Positions 53,131-64,000 of a stretch of 64,000 bases of DNA are shown in pieces. The DNA is from Eledone cirrhosa. Its lineage: Eukaryota. A model generated the notes under the pieces. That model worked only from the letters and a program-made list of their open reading frames with translations, ran no database searches and was not told the DNA's origin. Made by a program: the position numbers and the translations under genes. Each line of letters begins with the position of its first letter. Position 1 is the stretch's first letter. The stretch lies in the NCBI GenBank assembly GCA_964016885.1, contig OZ024742.1, positions 38,254,001 to 38,318,000 on the forward strand, given 5' to 3'.

Positions 53131-54217
53131 GCATAGCATCTGACAAAGTCAGTGGAACCTGAATTGAGTGGCATGTTGTGTTTTTGAGAAAGACATTTCA
53201 TTTCATGTTGCTTCTGTTCACTCAGCTAAAAAAAATAGCACTTGTGAGTTAACCCTACAACAGATTGGCATTTAGTCCGGTGGAAAGTCTTTTCATGATA
53301 GGACTGGGAGTCCAGTCACTAAAACACCCAAGAAACCTCCTATGAGATGTGTTCTCATTGAAAGTCAGCTAAACTTGCTGGAAAGACTGAAAAGACTGCG
53401 GAATCTGCTACCCATGAAGTGATTGCCATTGGGGTACCAGAGGACAAGGCTGATCTTCAGGCATTTGCTGCCAGCTCAGCCAAAGACCTAGGCTGTGTTC
53501 CCCCAAAGGGTGCCCTCTGCCTTGGTCGACCTGGTTCAAAACCCAGACTCATCAGGCTGTCTTTCTCGGACCCCGCAGAGGCAACCTCATATCATCTGGC
53601 CTCTGCTAAAGCTGGGTGTGAAAATCGGATTACCTTCCGAACACGCCCAGGCCTACCACCCCATGTACGTCCAAAGCTACGTGCTGCAGCTTCCTTGAAT
53701 CGGAACTCAGCACAAGATGAAAGTTTCAGTCTGCGTGATGATGGGCAGATCTGGAGGTTTGTCAAGGCTGGTGAAACATGGAAGAGAGATACCAGCTGGT
53801 CTGAGTGTGATCTACCCACAATAACTGGCAATGTAAAAACTGCTACAACTCTGGGAAACTAAACCAGAACAACCTGCCACCCTCTACACACCATCATAAA
53901 CTGTGAGCAGGGTACAAATTGTCCTTAAATGCTCGCAGTTTATGCAACAAGATACAGCTGTTTGAATCCTACGTCAGAAGCATCAACCCTGACTTCATCA
54001 CAGTCACAGAAATATGGGCACATTCCTTACTCTGTGATGGGGTTTTCACCATTACTGGGTACAACCTTTTCCGCAAGGACCGCATTAACCGCCGTGGTGG
54101 TGGTGTGATGGTCTACGTTCGTTCAAACTTTTCGGTAATTCCTTGCGTTGATTTGAACGAATCACAGGAAGAAGTTTTTTTTCTGTGACATACGTATGAC
54201 CATGTCAACACTTCTGC

Positions 54218-56683
54218 TTGGTGTTGTTTATCGCCCCCCCAAACTACCATCAGGACACACAGCTTTGCGATATCCTCAGAGTTGCTGCCAAGAAAACAGC
54301 CACTTATGTGTTTATTGCAGGTGACTTCAATCATCCTGAGATCGATTGGGAAACCTTTCGTTGGCCACAGGGTGCAAACGATTTCCTTGAACTAGTGTTG
54401 GACTCAAACTGGTCACAAGTAGTCACCTCTCCAACAAGAGGTGACAACACTTTGGACCTGATCTTCACCACTACTCCTGAAGTGGTTATCAGTTGTACTA
54501 CTGAGGAACCTCTAGGCGACTCTGATCATGCTATGATCATTGCCAATCTGGCACTTGAGGGCAGCAACAAAAACCAGAGCCATCTCCAATCTGCTTGCTT
54601 TGATTGGAAGAGGGCGGATTGGAACTTGTACTGCACTGAGCTACAGCGCCCAAACTGGCATGAGATGTATAACTCTGGAGATGTGAACTCTATACTCCAG
54701 GGCATCCTGGACTCAATATGGATAGTGTGTGCAGCATCAGTGCCACGGAAGCGGAAAAATAACCACCCCAAAAGTGCAATCTGGGAAACTTCAGCGGTCC
54801 GACTTGCCAGGAAAGAACGTCGGAACGCTGAACGGGAATATAAACTGCATAGATCAGATGCCAACAGAAAAAAGCGGAATAAATCTTCTAACCATCTCAA
54901 GCAAGTGACAAAGAAGGCGGTGCTTGAATTTGAACAGTGCATCGCAACCAATCCTGACAGTAAGGTGTTCTGGAAATATGTTCATTCAAAGCAGAGACCT
55001 CACTCTCCAGTTGGTCCTCTTCGCAATCCCCACACAAGCCAGATCACTGACGATCCCAAGGAATGCGCAGAACTCATTGCTGAGTGCTATGCAAGTATTT
55101 TTACTGTTGAAAACCAGAATGTACCATCTCCACCATCTCTAACATCAAATTCCATAACAACTATGGAATTTACACCTGCAATGTTGCGACGTCACCTTAA
55201 GAATAAGCGCAACTATGCCTCCCCTGGTCTTGATGGTGTGACATACCTGCTTCTCAAATGTGGCGGGGATTTCCTTTTGCGCCAGCTTTCTTTTTTCTTT
55301 CAATACTGTCTCAGCAATGGTGCTACTCCGGAGCAGTGGAAAACTGCCAGTGTCATTCCCCTGTTCAAAAAGGGCAACCGCATGTCACCTGTCAACTATC
55401 GTCCAGTCAGTCTTACTAGCTGTATGGCCAAACTGATGGAATCCTGTGTCAGAGAAACACTTTGGAACTTCTGGAGCTCTCACAGCCTCATCCGGCCCTC
55501 ACAGTTTGGATTTATCCCTAACTCCAGCTGCTGTGATCAGCTTATCGAGTTCCTTGAGGACATCACCCGGATCACTGACAGCGGCTCATGGGTGGATGTT
55601 GTTTACCTTGACTTTGCTAAGGCTTTTAATTCTGTGCCACACAAAAGACTTATGGCAAAACTCTCTGCAATGGGTGTGAGGGATGATCTTTTCGACTGGC
55701 TGAAATCCTTCATTCTCAGCCGAAAGGAAGTAGTCACGGTTCTAGGACAGCATTCTTCACCATATGAGATGTCATCTGGTGTACCACAGGGATCTGTTCT
55801 TGGTCCTCTTTTGTTTGTGGCATATATTAATGACATAGATGCCAACTTACAGAATGCCACGGTACTAAAATATGCAGATGACATCAAGCTGTACCTTGAA
55901 ATCAAAAGGACTGATCCTGAAATTTACAACTCTTTCCTACAATCAGACCTGGACACAATGCAGCAATGGATCACAGACTGGCAACTGAAGCTGGCTGTGG
56001 ACAAGTGTACCACCATGCATTTTGGAAGGAAAAATCCAGCGTCCACATACTCCCTCCACAACACTGACATCAAAAAGTCCTCTTGTGAACGTGACCTGGG
56101 CATTACTGTCAGCAACGATTTGCGTTGGACAAAGCATGTCTCTAAGATTGTCAAGAAGGCCGAGGGTGTCTTGGCATCACTCAGCAAGACCTTTGTTAGC
56201 CGCTCTCCAGCCATCTATTTAAAACTGTATACAGCTATGGTGCGACCACACTTGGAATTCGCATCATCAGTCTGGAACCCCTATCTTGCTCGGAACATTG
56301 ACCTCCTGGAAACTGTTCAGAGACGTGCAACCAAGCGCATACCCTCCATCAGACACCTACCATACTCTGAACGCCTTGCTTCCCTGGGCATGGATTCATT
56401 GAAGCTCCGACGTCTGGCAATGGACTTGGTGAATACCCACAAAGTTTTTAACCATCTCGCCAACTGCAACCCTGAGCGCCTCTTTGATCTCCATGTGTCT
56501 AACACACGTGGACATGCCTACAAGATAAGAAAACAGCACAGCTCCCATGACTTTCGCAGACATTTTTTCATGCTCAGAGTTGCTGAAGCATGGAACAAAC
56601 TGCCTGCGTCAATTGTTAGCTGCCGAGACACTGCATCCCTTAAGACACTCATGCTTCCCGAAATACGCCAAAACTGCACCTGA
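54218..56683 (+). CDS. CR1 ORF2 main frame (endonuclease C-terminal half + reverse transcriptase), 821 aa
   Basis: Uninterrupted long ORF with all RT motifs; the N-terminal EN part (53919-54217) is out of frame by two homopolymer insertions. Confidence 0.85.
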   Translation: MVLFIAPPNYHQDTQLCDILRVAAKKTATYVFIAGDFNHPEIDWETFRWPQGANDFLELVLDSNWSQVVTSPTRGDNTLDLIFTTTPEVVISCTTEEPLGDSDHAMIIANLALEGSNKNQSHLQSACFDWKRADWNLYCTELQRPNWHEMYNSGDVNSILQGILDSIWIVCAASVPRKRKNNHPKSAIWETSAVRLARKERRNAEREYKLHRSDANRKKRNKSSNHLKQVTKKAVLEFEQCIATNPDSKVFWKYVHSKQRPHSPVGPLRNPHTSQITDDPKECAELIAECYASIFTVENQNVPSPPSLTSNSITTMEFTPAMLRRHLKNKRNYASPGLDGVTYLLLKCGGDFLLRQLSFFFQYCLSNGATPEQWKTASVIPLFKKGNRMSPVNYRPVSLTSCMAKLMESCVRETLWNFWSSHSLIRPSQFGFIPNSSCCDQLIEFLEDITRITDSGSWVDVVYLDFAKAFNSVPHKRLMAKLSAMGVRDDLFDWLKSFILSRKEVVTVLGQHSSPYEMSSGVPQGSVLGPLLFVAYINDIDANLQNATVLKYADDIKLYLEIKRTDPEIYNSFLQSDLDTMQQWITDWQLKLAVDKCTTMHFGRKNPASTYSLHNTDIKKSSCERDLGITVSNDLRWTKHVSKIVKKAEGVLASLSKTFVSRSPAIYLKLYTAMVRPHLEFASSVWNPYLARNIDLLETVQRRATKRIPSIRHLPYSERLASLGMDSLKLRRLAMDLVNTHKVFNHLANCNPERLFDLHVSNTRGHAYKIRKQHSSHDFRRHFFMLRVAEAWNKLPASIVSCRDTASLKTLMLPEIRQNCT

Positions 56684-56717
56684 TGTACCCCTTCCATACA
56701 CATGCACACATGTGTAT

Positions 56718-56970
56718 CATGACTCGTGCACTGTTCATTTTACTGATGTTTGTGCATTGCCCTATGTACTGTACATGCACTTTTTTGATGAATTGTGGTG
56801 CACCTGGGCACTGTACACAATATTTCATTATTGTTATTATTATATCATGACTCATACACTGTTTATTTTCCTGACATTTGTACATTATTCTATGTACTAT
56901 ACATGCACCTTTGATGAGTTGTAATGCACCTTAGCACTGTACACAATAATTTCATTATTATTTTTTTATT
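56718..56970 (+). repeat. Tandem duplication (128-bp period) of the CR1 3' terminus
   Basis: CATGACTC...GCACTGTACACAATA.TTTCATTATT starts at 56718 and again at 56846. Confidence 0.85.
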
Positions 56971-58280
56971 ATAAGTGTGAGCTGTAATAATATATTGATG
57001 ATTATATCCTAGTGCTAACTATTCAACTGTGAAGTAAAGAATTGCATTTTGAGTTACAGTATATACTCAAATATAAGTCAAGGAATATATGACCAAAAAA
57101 ATCAGTGGTAAAATGGGGGGAGTTGACTTATATGCAGGATCAATATTTTGATGATTTTCACCTTCAAATTCTATGTAAATAAGGTGCTAAAATATCTGGA
57201 GTGATTGTTTCACAATGAAACACTGTTTTTCTACATTTATTATACTGCCATAAGTTTTATTAATGCATTGCCTTGAGAACATTCCCAACAAATTTTTATT
57301 ATTTGAACTTTTTAATACACAAATATCCCTTATGCATATCTGCATACACACATACACACACGTGCACCAACTGTTTTCTCTTTGACTTAATTACACTTTT
57401 TCTTTCAATCTTGTTTTATTTTGCTTGCTCTCTTTTTCTCACTCTGCCTCTCCTCTCTCTCACTTGCTGTCTCTTCCTCCCCCTTCTACTCTGAATCTTT
57501 ATACAGTGTTTTCTTAGTTGATCTCTTTCAACTATTCCCTATTCATTTTGATCTCCCTCTAGTGTTTTTAACGATCTCCATAACAGTTAAAGAAAATTCC
57601 TTTTTTTTAAAGTAATACCTTAAACTAAAAGTATATCTCCATTTCTTTATATTATATTAATTTAGAATTTTCTCATGCTTTTTTATTTTCTAATTATAAA
57701 GATATAAAATTTTCTAAAAATATGGTCGGGGGTTGTCTTATTTTCACTTGGAGGTTTTGTCTGTACCTCCCATTTCAACTGCTTGTATTAACACTATTTA
57801 TCTAAACATATTCCATCATAATTTTATGTAAGAACCTCTGTTAAGTTATATTCCAAGCACCAACTTAACTATTTGATTACAAACTGCTTGAAACCCCTTT
57901 GGTTCTACAATACAAAAAGAAAAAACTTTTATAGTGTTTATATTTATCTAGAAACGTTCTATCATACTATTATGTAAAAACCTTTAAGTTATGTTCCAAA
58001 TGCCAGTTTGATAATGAGAAATTCTTATTTTCAAGATATTTTGAAACTAATAGACAGTGACTCTCATTAGAAATATTCTAAGAAATGGTATGTTAATAGA
58101 TTTATTTTATTGAATCAAAAGTGACAAATGGCACAAGAGGTCAACTCCAGTGACAGGAGTAGAACATAATACTGTTGACTTTGTAGATTTTGGCAATTGA
58201 ACCTATGTGCCTTATCTTGGGACACAACAACAGATGTAGATATGTGTGAACTTATGACTTTGTAGTTAACTTCACAGATT

Positions 58281-58925
58281 ATCATCATCATCATTTAACG
58301 TCTATCTTCTATGCTAGCATGGGTTAGACAGGAATTGTCCCACTTGAGGCAAGATTGATCGGGTGACTGTGTCTCGCTCTTATAGGACTGTATCTGCCAG
58401 GTTTTCTATGGTTGGATGCCCTTCCTAACACCAACTACATTTACAGTGTTGACTGGGAGCCTTTTTACTGTGTCTCCTACATGACCACTTTACAGCGTGA
58501 CTGGGTGTTTTTTTGTCGTGACACCTACACAACCTCCTTAGTTTGGACTGGATGTTGTAGTACCAACATAACTTTACAGAGAAAGGGTGGTGTTGGTGGG
58601 AGTAGGGGTAGTGAGTTGGGTTGTATATTTGGTTAAGAGATGCCTAATGACTGTACGTAGGGAAGACGGGTCTTCTCTCTTACTACATGGTGCCAAAGAT
58701 CTCGATCCAGTGACATTGTCTGAGAGAGGTGTAAGTGTGCAAGGTCGGATTTATCATGTCCCAGGTTTTTCTGGGTCTACCTACTCCATAACTTCCATCA
58801 ATTTTGATCGCCCTGCACATTTTTATACAGCTGTCATCTTTCATGCGCATCACATGAACATACCAACGTAATCTCTCAAGTAAACAGCATCTAATTCCTC
58901 TTATTCCTAATTTCTCGTCTTTCAG
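58281..58925 (-). mobile_element. RTE LINE 3' fragment
   Basis: EKLGIRGIRCCLLERLRWYVHVMRMKDD..GRPRKTW plus 3' UTR and (CAT)n tail on the + strand. Confidence 0.85.
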
Positions 58926-58935
58926 TAATGAGATC

Positions 58936-59179
58936 AAACCCTTTCGTTACCATATTCCTAAGGAAATATACTATATTTCAATTGAGTAATGAAGAATTTT
59001 GAAGGATTTACTAAAATTATTAATTATTTCATTACTAAGATGATAGTTGTATAATAACAAAAGGTTCTTATATAAATTGATATTGGAAGGTTTTAATTTA
59101 AATAAGAATCCTTTAAAATGGATGGTCTTGTTTCATAGAAACAAGGCTGTTTTAGGTGAGTTAGTATCAAAAGGGTTAA
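58936..59179. mobile_element. AT-rich MITE, family B (CCCTTT termini); related copies near 1885-2130, 38250-38450, 40335-40530, 41675-42030, 48225-48580
   Basis: CCCTTTCGTTAC ... GTATCAAAAGGGTTAA ends and a shared GTTTCATAGAACCA/AATAGGAACC core across copies. Confidence 0.65.
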
Positions 59180-59439
59180 AACTACAGCTACAGTATAGTG
59201 TCCTACAGTATATGTCTTACTGTTATCCTCGAATATAAGCGGATTCAAATATAAACCAAACCCCTATTTTATGTCTGAAAAATGGGCAACAGTTTAAACC
59301 ATGTTTATAAGCCGAGGCAGTATATCCAGTTTGTGTTTTTAACTTTTCAGTCAGTGTGTTTGGAATATAACTTGACAGAGGTTCTTACATAAAATTATGA
59401 TGGAAGATGTTTAGATAAATAGTGTTAATACAAGCAGTT

Positions 59440-59820
59440 GAAATGAGATTCCTCTGAAGGATCTTTGGATTAAAGTTAGTCGATAAAGTGCATAGATTGA
59501 AAATCAGAGAGTCACTCCAGGTAGAGCTGTTACTTCTCCGAATTGAGAGATCATAGTTCTGGTACTATGAGCATGTGGTTAGAATGTCTCAGGAAAGAAT
59601 CGCTGGACAGATTTTACAGGCAAAACCAACCGGCAGGAGACCCAGGGGTAGACCCCGAGCAAGGAGGTTGGATAATATCCATGAGCTTGGCTGGTCTCGC
59701 TTGGGGATCCCACCGGATCGGTTGGATACGGTTGCTTCTGACAAGACCCACTGGAAGGAGTCTTTGAGTACTCTGCCCCATGACTCTCCCAGGAATAAGT
59801 GGGCAAAGAAGAAGGGTTAA
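59440..59820 (+). mobile_element. RTE-like LINE 3' fragment (sister of 47400-47830)
   Basis: HVVRMSQERIAGQILQAKPTGRRPRGRPRARRLD, nearly the same DNA as the 47.5-kb copy. Confidence 0.8.
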
Positions 59821-60614
59821 TAGTCTGAGACAACCAACCAAGCAATGAGCACAGATTATATCTGGTAAAACCGGCAGTGTTTTGTTTGGTCAAAATTGAC
59901 CTCAATCTAACTAGTTTGTTGTTATGATCAACGGAAGTCCAGCCATGACCATTCCATTTTTTAAGAGGTATATAAGACTATATTATCCAATGTATTCTTT
60001 CCTTTCCCAAGATGGCAGGGTCTGATTTGAGAGAGATGTGGCTGCTATTTCTAGCAGGTTGAGTGACCACATAGAGGCTCCTTTATTAACTTGCTACAGT
60101 GGTCTAATTCTTAGCTCTAAACTGCAGAAGCGATATGGAATTAGTAAGTGTCTGATTGGCTTGATATACTGACTTCATTTTCTCTTGCAGGAAAAGTTGT
60201 GATAGGTCAGTGTTGTATCCAGGGAAACATTTCTCATTTGCTTATTGTTATGGAAACCAGTCGGCCTTATGGATTTTTGTAATTTATAAAAAGATGTGTC
60301 TATGATGTATATATATATATAAAGTGTATACTTCAAATAAGAGTGTAGTCAAACAACTATGTCTACAAAGCCAGCATATTGTGTGTTGCCCAGAAATGAA
60401 CATTAGTGAAGTGTTGTCATTGTTGTTCAACCTCCGTCAATTACAACGATAAATGCTCCAGTTGTTTTGACCAATGGAAGAGCTTACTTGTGAAATTAAT
60501 GTACAAGTGGCTGAGCATTTTACATATACATGTACCCATAACATAGTTCTCAGGGAGATTTAGTTTGACTCGTACTGTGACGAGTACAGATCATTATTTC
60601 CAGCTGTGGAAATT

Positions 60615-61090
60615 GGGCGGTGGATTGGCAGTATCGGTAGAGGGTTAGACACCATGCTTTGCAGCATCATCATCCGGCTGCCTCAGCTGAAATGGACTTA
60701 ACAATTGATCTCCACGTGGGTCTGTCGTTCATTGCCGTTGTCAAGTCCTGGATTTCAATACCAGAATCTCTGGAGATGACATCGGGGTAGGAGAGCTTGT
60801 GCCCCCTGTTATTAGTGACTGCTTGTGGTTTCCAAAGCACCAGTGGGTACATAGCATAGAGTTACGGCCCATTACGTTCTGAGTTTAAATCCCGTCGAGG
60901 TTAACCTTGCCTTTCAACCTTACGGGGTTGGACGCCATGCTTTGCAGCATAGAGTTACGGCCCTTTACGTTCTGAGTTAAAATCCCGCCGAAGTTAACTT
61001 TGCCTTTTATCCTAATGAGTCGATAAAATAAGGCCCCAGTAATACACTGGGATAATTGCTGGCCTTGTGTCAAAAAGTAGAAACAATTAT
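60615..61090 (+). mobile_element. Second tRNA-headed SINE family (tandem copies); other copies near 311-490(-), 3790-4030(-), 19270-19400, 21590-21690(-), 28458-28575, 41120-41250, 44215-44360(-), 49705-49900(-)
   Basis: Recurrent GAGTTCAAATCCCGCCGAGGTTAACTTTGCCTTTCATCCTT..GGGGTCGATAAAATAAAGTACCAGT and tail GGCCTTGTGCC..AAGTAGAAACAATTA. The central domain resembles my recollection of the MetaSINE domain (unverified). Confidence 0.7.
60668..60852 (-). mobile_element. Short LINE 3' end inserted in a SINE with AGCAT target-site duplication
   Basis: Flanked by AGCAT at 60663-60667 and 60853-60857; the intact neighbour reads TTTGCAGCATAGAG. Encodes LSYPDVISRDSG..AMNDRPTWRSIV and ends in an (ATG)n tail. 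Confidence 0.75.
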
Positions 61091-61345
61091 TTCCAACTAA
61101 GTGGACTGGAGCAACATGAAATAAAGTGTCTTGTCAAGGACAATGAACTGCCAGGAATTAAACTTATGACCTTACAATTGTGGAGCTGAACACTTTAATC
61201 ACTAAGCCACTCAGCATCACATTAGTGGCTAGGACATGGTAGAAAGCTGTTCTTTTGTTGACCTACCTTATCCATCACATCATAGTAATACACAACTGTA
61301 TTTTACTGTTTAGCCCTAGGTCAACCCTGGGCAAGCACACAATGC

Positions 61346-63495
61346 TCAGGTCTCACTGCCATGCAACATTGCTGTTCGTATGCAGGCATCATACAGCCTG
61401 CCTTTCATTTTTAGAGAGAACCCTTTAGCGGCTAATAGTGGTATAAGCTCTCGGAACTTTTTCCATCCAGTTTTGACTCTAGCTACTGTACTTTCGGAGC
61501 ACCCTCCACCACTGCTGATTTTGTCACCCAAGTAACGGAAGGTGTCCACTATTTCTATAGAACCAAGCTAGTATTCTGTGGGCACTTGCTGCTACTTATT
61601 GCACCAGAGCACCGGCTACATATAAAATCTATATTCTTAGTTAGCTTACCTGTGATCCCACTACATCTTTTATGCACCCATACTTTGCATTTGGGACATA
61701 AAATGGAGTTTCTGCCTACTCCTTTCCTACACACTGAGCCTGGCCATTTCCCGGATGGGACCAGTGCCCTATTTTCCTTCCTACAAACTAGAACTTTAGT
61801 CTTAGACAGGTTATTTTTAAGGCCTTTTCGTTCTAGGCCATGCTTCCATGTTTGGAATTTCTTCTCTAGTTCAGCCATTGATTCAACTATAAGCGTTAGA
61901 TCATCTGCGTATAGGAATTCCCATGGGCAGCCAGTCTTGAACTCCTCTGTTATAGCCTGAAGGGCAATAATAAATAGTAGGGGGCTAAGAACGGAGCTCT
62001 GATGAACACCAACTTTTACGCTAAACTCTTCACTATATTCGTTGTTAATTCTAACCTTGCTGACTGTTTCTTTATACATGGCTTGTATAGCTCTCACAAC
62101 CCATTCATCAACACATAGTTTTCTAAGAGCCCACCAGATAATGGAACGGGGGACTCTGTCGAAGGCTTTCTCCAAGTCGACAAAAGCTAAGTATAGGGGT
62201 TTACTTTTAGCTAGGTACTTCTCCTGTAGTTGTCGTACAATGAAAAGAGCGTCTGTGGCACTTTTACCTGACACAGACTCGAACTGCATTTCATCTAGGT
62301 CAATTCTCTCTCTGATTAGTTGCGCTATTACTTTTTCTGTGACCTTCATGACCTGGTCGATTAATTTAATGCCTCTATAGTTACCCCTATTTAGGGCATC
62401 TCCTTTACCCTTGTAGCAGTTAATGATGATGCTGCTACACCAGTCCTTCGGAACAACCCCATTCTGTATGACTTGGTTTACTATCCGGGTGACCATAGTG
62501 TGTCCCACCGTTCCAGAAGCTTTCAGCATTTCAGCAACTATTTCCGAAGGCCCAGCCGCCTTACCCGTCTTCATATCTTTGATTGCCTTACTTATTATAC
62601 TACCTTCGACTAACACTGCTGGTCCCTCTATTGGATCGATGTGGGGGAGACTGTCTTTCTCCCATTTATTCTCCTCATTTAGTAGCCTTTCGTAGTGACA
62701 CTTCCATGCTACCTTCTTATCAGCGTCAGTGATGGCAAGTACACCATTATCATTAAGGACACACTTCTCCCTGACAATATCACGGTTTTCCTTGACACAT
62801 TGCCTAGCAATCCTGAACACCTCACGTTTTTGGTCCTTGCGTTGTAGAAGATGCTTGAACTTTCTTTCCTCTGCTTCCCTTCTTGCGAAGTACACTTGTC
62901 TCCTAGCTTCCCTCCTGGCCACTTGATAGTCTTCTCTACTTCCCCCATCCCGCATACTTTCCAAGCCTGCTTTTTGGCCTTAATTGACTCCTCCACCTTA
63001 CTGTTCCACCACCATGTTACCCTCCTCCTGCCTATAGGCCTGCTCCAGCCACAGACTTCATCTGCCGCTATCAGCAGGTTTGCTTTCAGGAATTCCCACT
63101 GTTCCTCTATATTGTACGACTCTAATTGCTCTTCCTTACTGTCGAAAGCATCAAGTAATATGCTTTTAAATTTATTACTGGCTGTGGGGTCCTTTAGCTT
63201 CCATATTTTTCTCCTGAGGATAGTCCTCTTCTGCTGTCGAGTACGTCTCGTCCTGACTATGAGGTCGCTAATTCTGAGTCTATGTTGAGAGGTGCATTCT
63301 TCGTGGGGGAGGGATTTAGTGTTTACAACAGACACTCTGTCACGTCTTCTGGTAAGGATATAATCTACCTGGCTGGTATGTTCCCCTGATCTGTAGGATC
63401 AAGTGATTGTCTCGTTTTTTTAAGTTAGTCTTACAGATAGTTAGGTTATTTGCGTCACAGAATTCCAGGATTCTGGAGCCTTCCTCATTTCTGTT
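61346..63495 (-). mobile_element. RTE LINE, truncated at both ends (same subfamily as 12580-14449)
   Basis: A 469-aa ORF (62964-61555) with RT motifs, plus adjoining EN-end and C-terminal fragments. Confidence 0.93.
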
Positions 63496-63893
63496 AAGTT
63501 ATTATTTTAATAATTAAATAGTTTTAGTAAATCCTCAAAATTGTCCATAAATTAATTGAAATAGAATGTATTTCATTCGAAATATGATTAAGAAAGAGTT
63601 AAAGGTGTTTTCTCATGGTGTTGGAGACTCTGGGATTATATTATCTATGTACTTTCTTTTTATATAATAGTGGGGGTATGGTTTGAGGGAGATTTGGCTT
63701 CTATTTCTAGCACATTGAATGACTACATGGAAATAGTCTAGTTTGCCCATGGTGGGAAGCATGCCACTCTTTTGAATAGCAGTATTCTTGTAAAACTGGT
63801 ATTGTTGCTAGTGATGATTATTGTGGACTTAGTGACCTCATGCTGTTAGTTATAATGACAATAGTGTTGAACATTTTTAATTTTTTAGTCCAG

Positions 63894-63957
63894 GATTAGT
63901 ATAGTATATTTACCAGGAATACTAGGATTAGTATAGTATATTTACCAGGAATACTAG
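63894..63957. repeat. Short perfect tandem duplication (about 32 bp)
   Basis: GATTAGTATAGTATATTTACCAGGAATACTAG occurs twice. Confidence 0.85.
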
Positions 63958-64000
63958 ATAGATGAGCAATCATACAAAATGAGAAATTTGCATTTTGATA

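Larger units (their letters stand above)
53379..56970 (+). mobile_element. CR1-clade LINE, 5'-truncated in ORF1, with near-intact ORF2 (APE endonuclease + RT)
   Basis: ORF1 C-terminus at 53419-53862. EN motifs LNARSL, ITVTE, RKDR..RRGGGV, AGDFN, LDLIF, SDH; RT motifs NYRPVSLTS, YLDFAKAF, GVPQGSVLGP, YADD. A TTA-rich tail ends the element. It interrupts a SINE-like repeat (aaacttgc|ataagtgtgagctg). Confidence 0.93.

Noticed and set aside
51132-64000. TXNDC15 final exon with transmembrane helix
   Set aside because: No segment matching the expected GPLP...DWLL-type C-terminus was found by eye; it is presumed to lie beyond the window.

Overview
This is eukaryotic, AT-rich, repeat-dense animal DNA. 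It is most likely a cephalopod (Octopus-like), inferred from the long (TA)n tracts and the RTE-LINE and tRNA-SINE families; the species is not proven. One host gene is clearly supported: a + strand TXNDC15 (thioredoxin domain-containing protein 15) orthologue with three phase-compatible coding exons (31112-31169, 38946-39720, 51001-51131). Its last, transmembrane-encoding exon was not found and probably lies beyond the window. The rest is mostly transposon-derived: several RTE LINEs, a near-intact CR1-clade LINE, a Penelope-like element (RT + GIY-YIG), a CRE-like fragment, mariner and maT (DD37D-like) DNA transposon remnants, TTAA (piggyBac-type) MITEs, tRNA-derived SINEs and mini/microsatellites. 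The most interesting signals are: three foldable type I hammerhead ribozyme motifs of unrelated sequence (23698-23740, 27139-27227, 34015-34075) plus decayed ones; a Penelope-like and a CR1 element broken only by +1 homopolymer frameshifts; complementary halves of a maT transposon in permuted order with outward-facing TIRs 10 kb apart; large fold-back inverted repeats; and a stop-free, frame-preserving exon 2-3 block of TXNDC15 bracketed by inverted repeats (circRNA candidate). Repeat boundaries are read by eye and are approximate.
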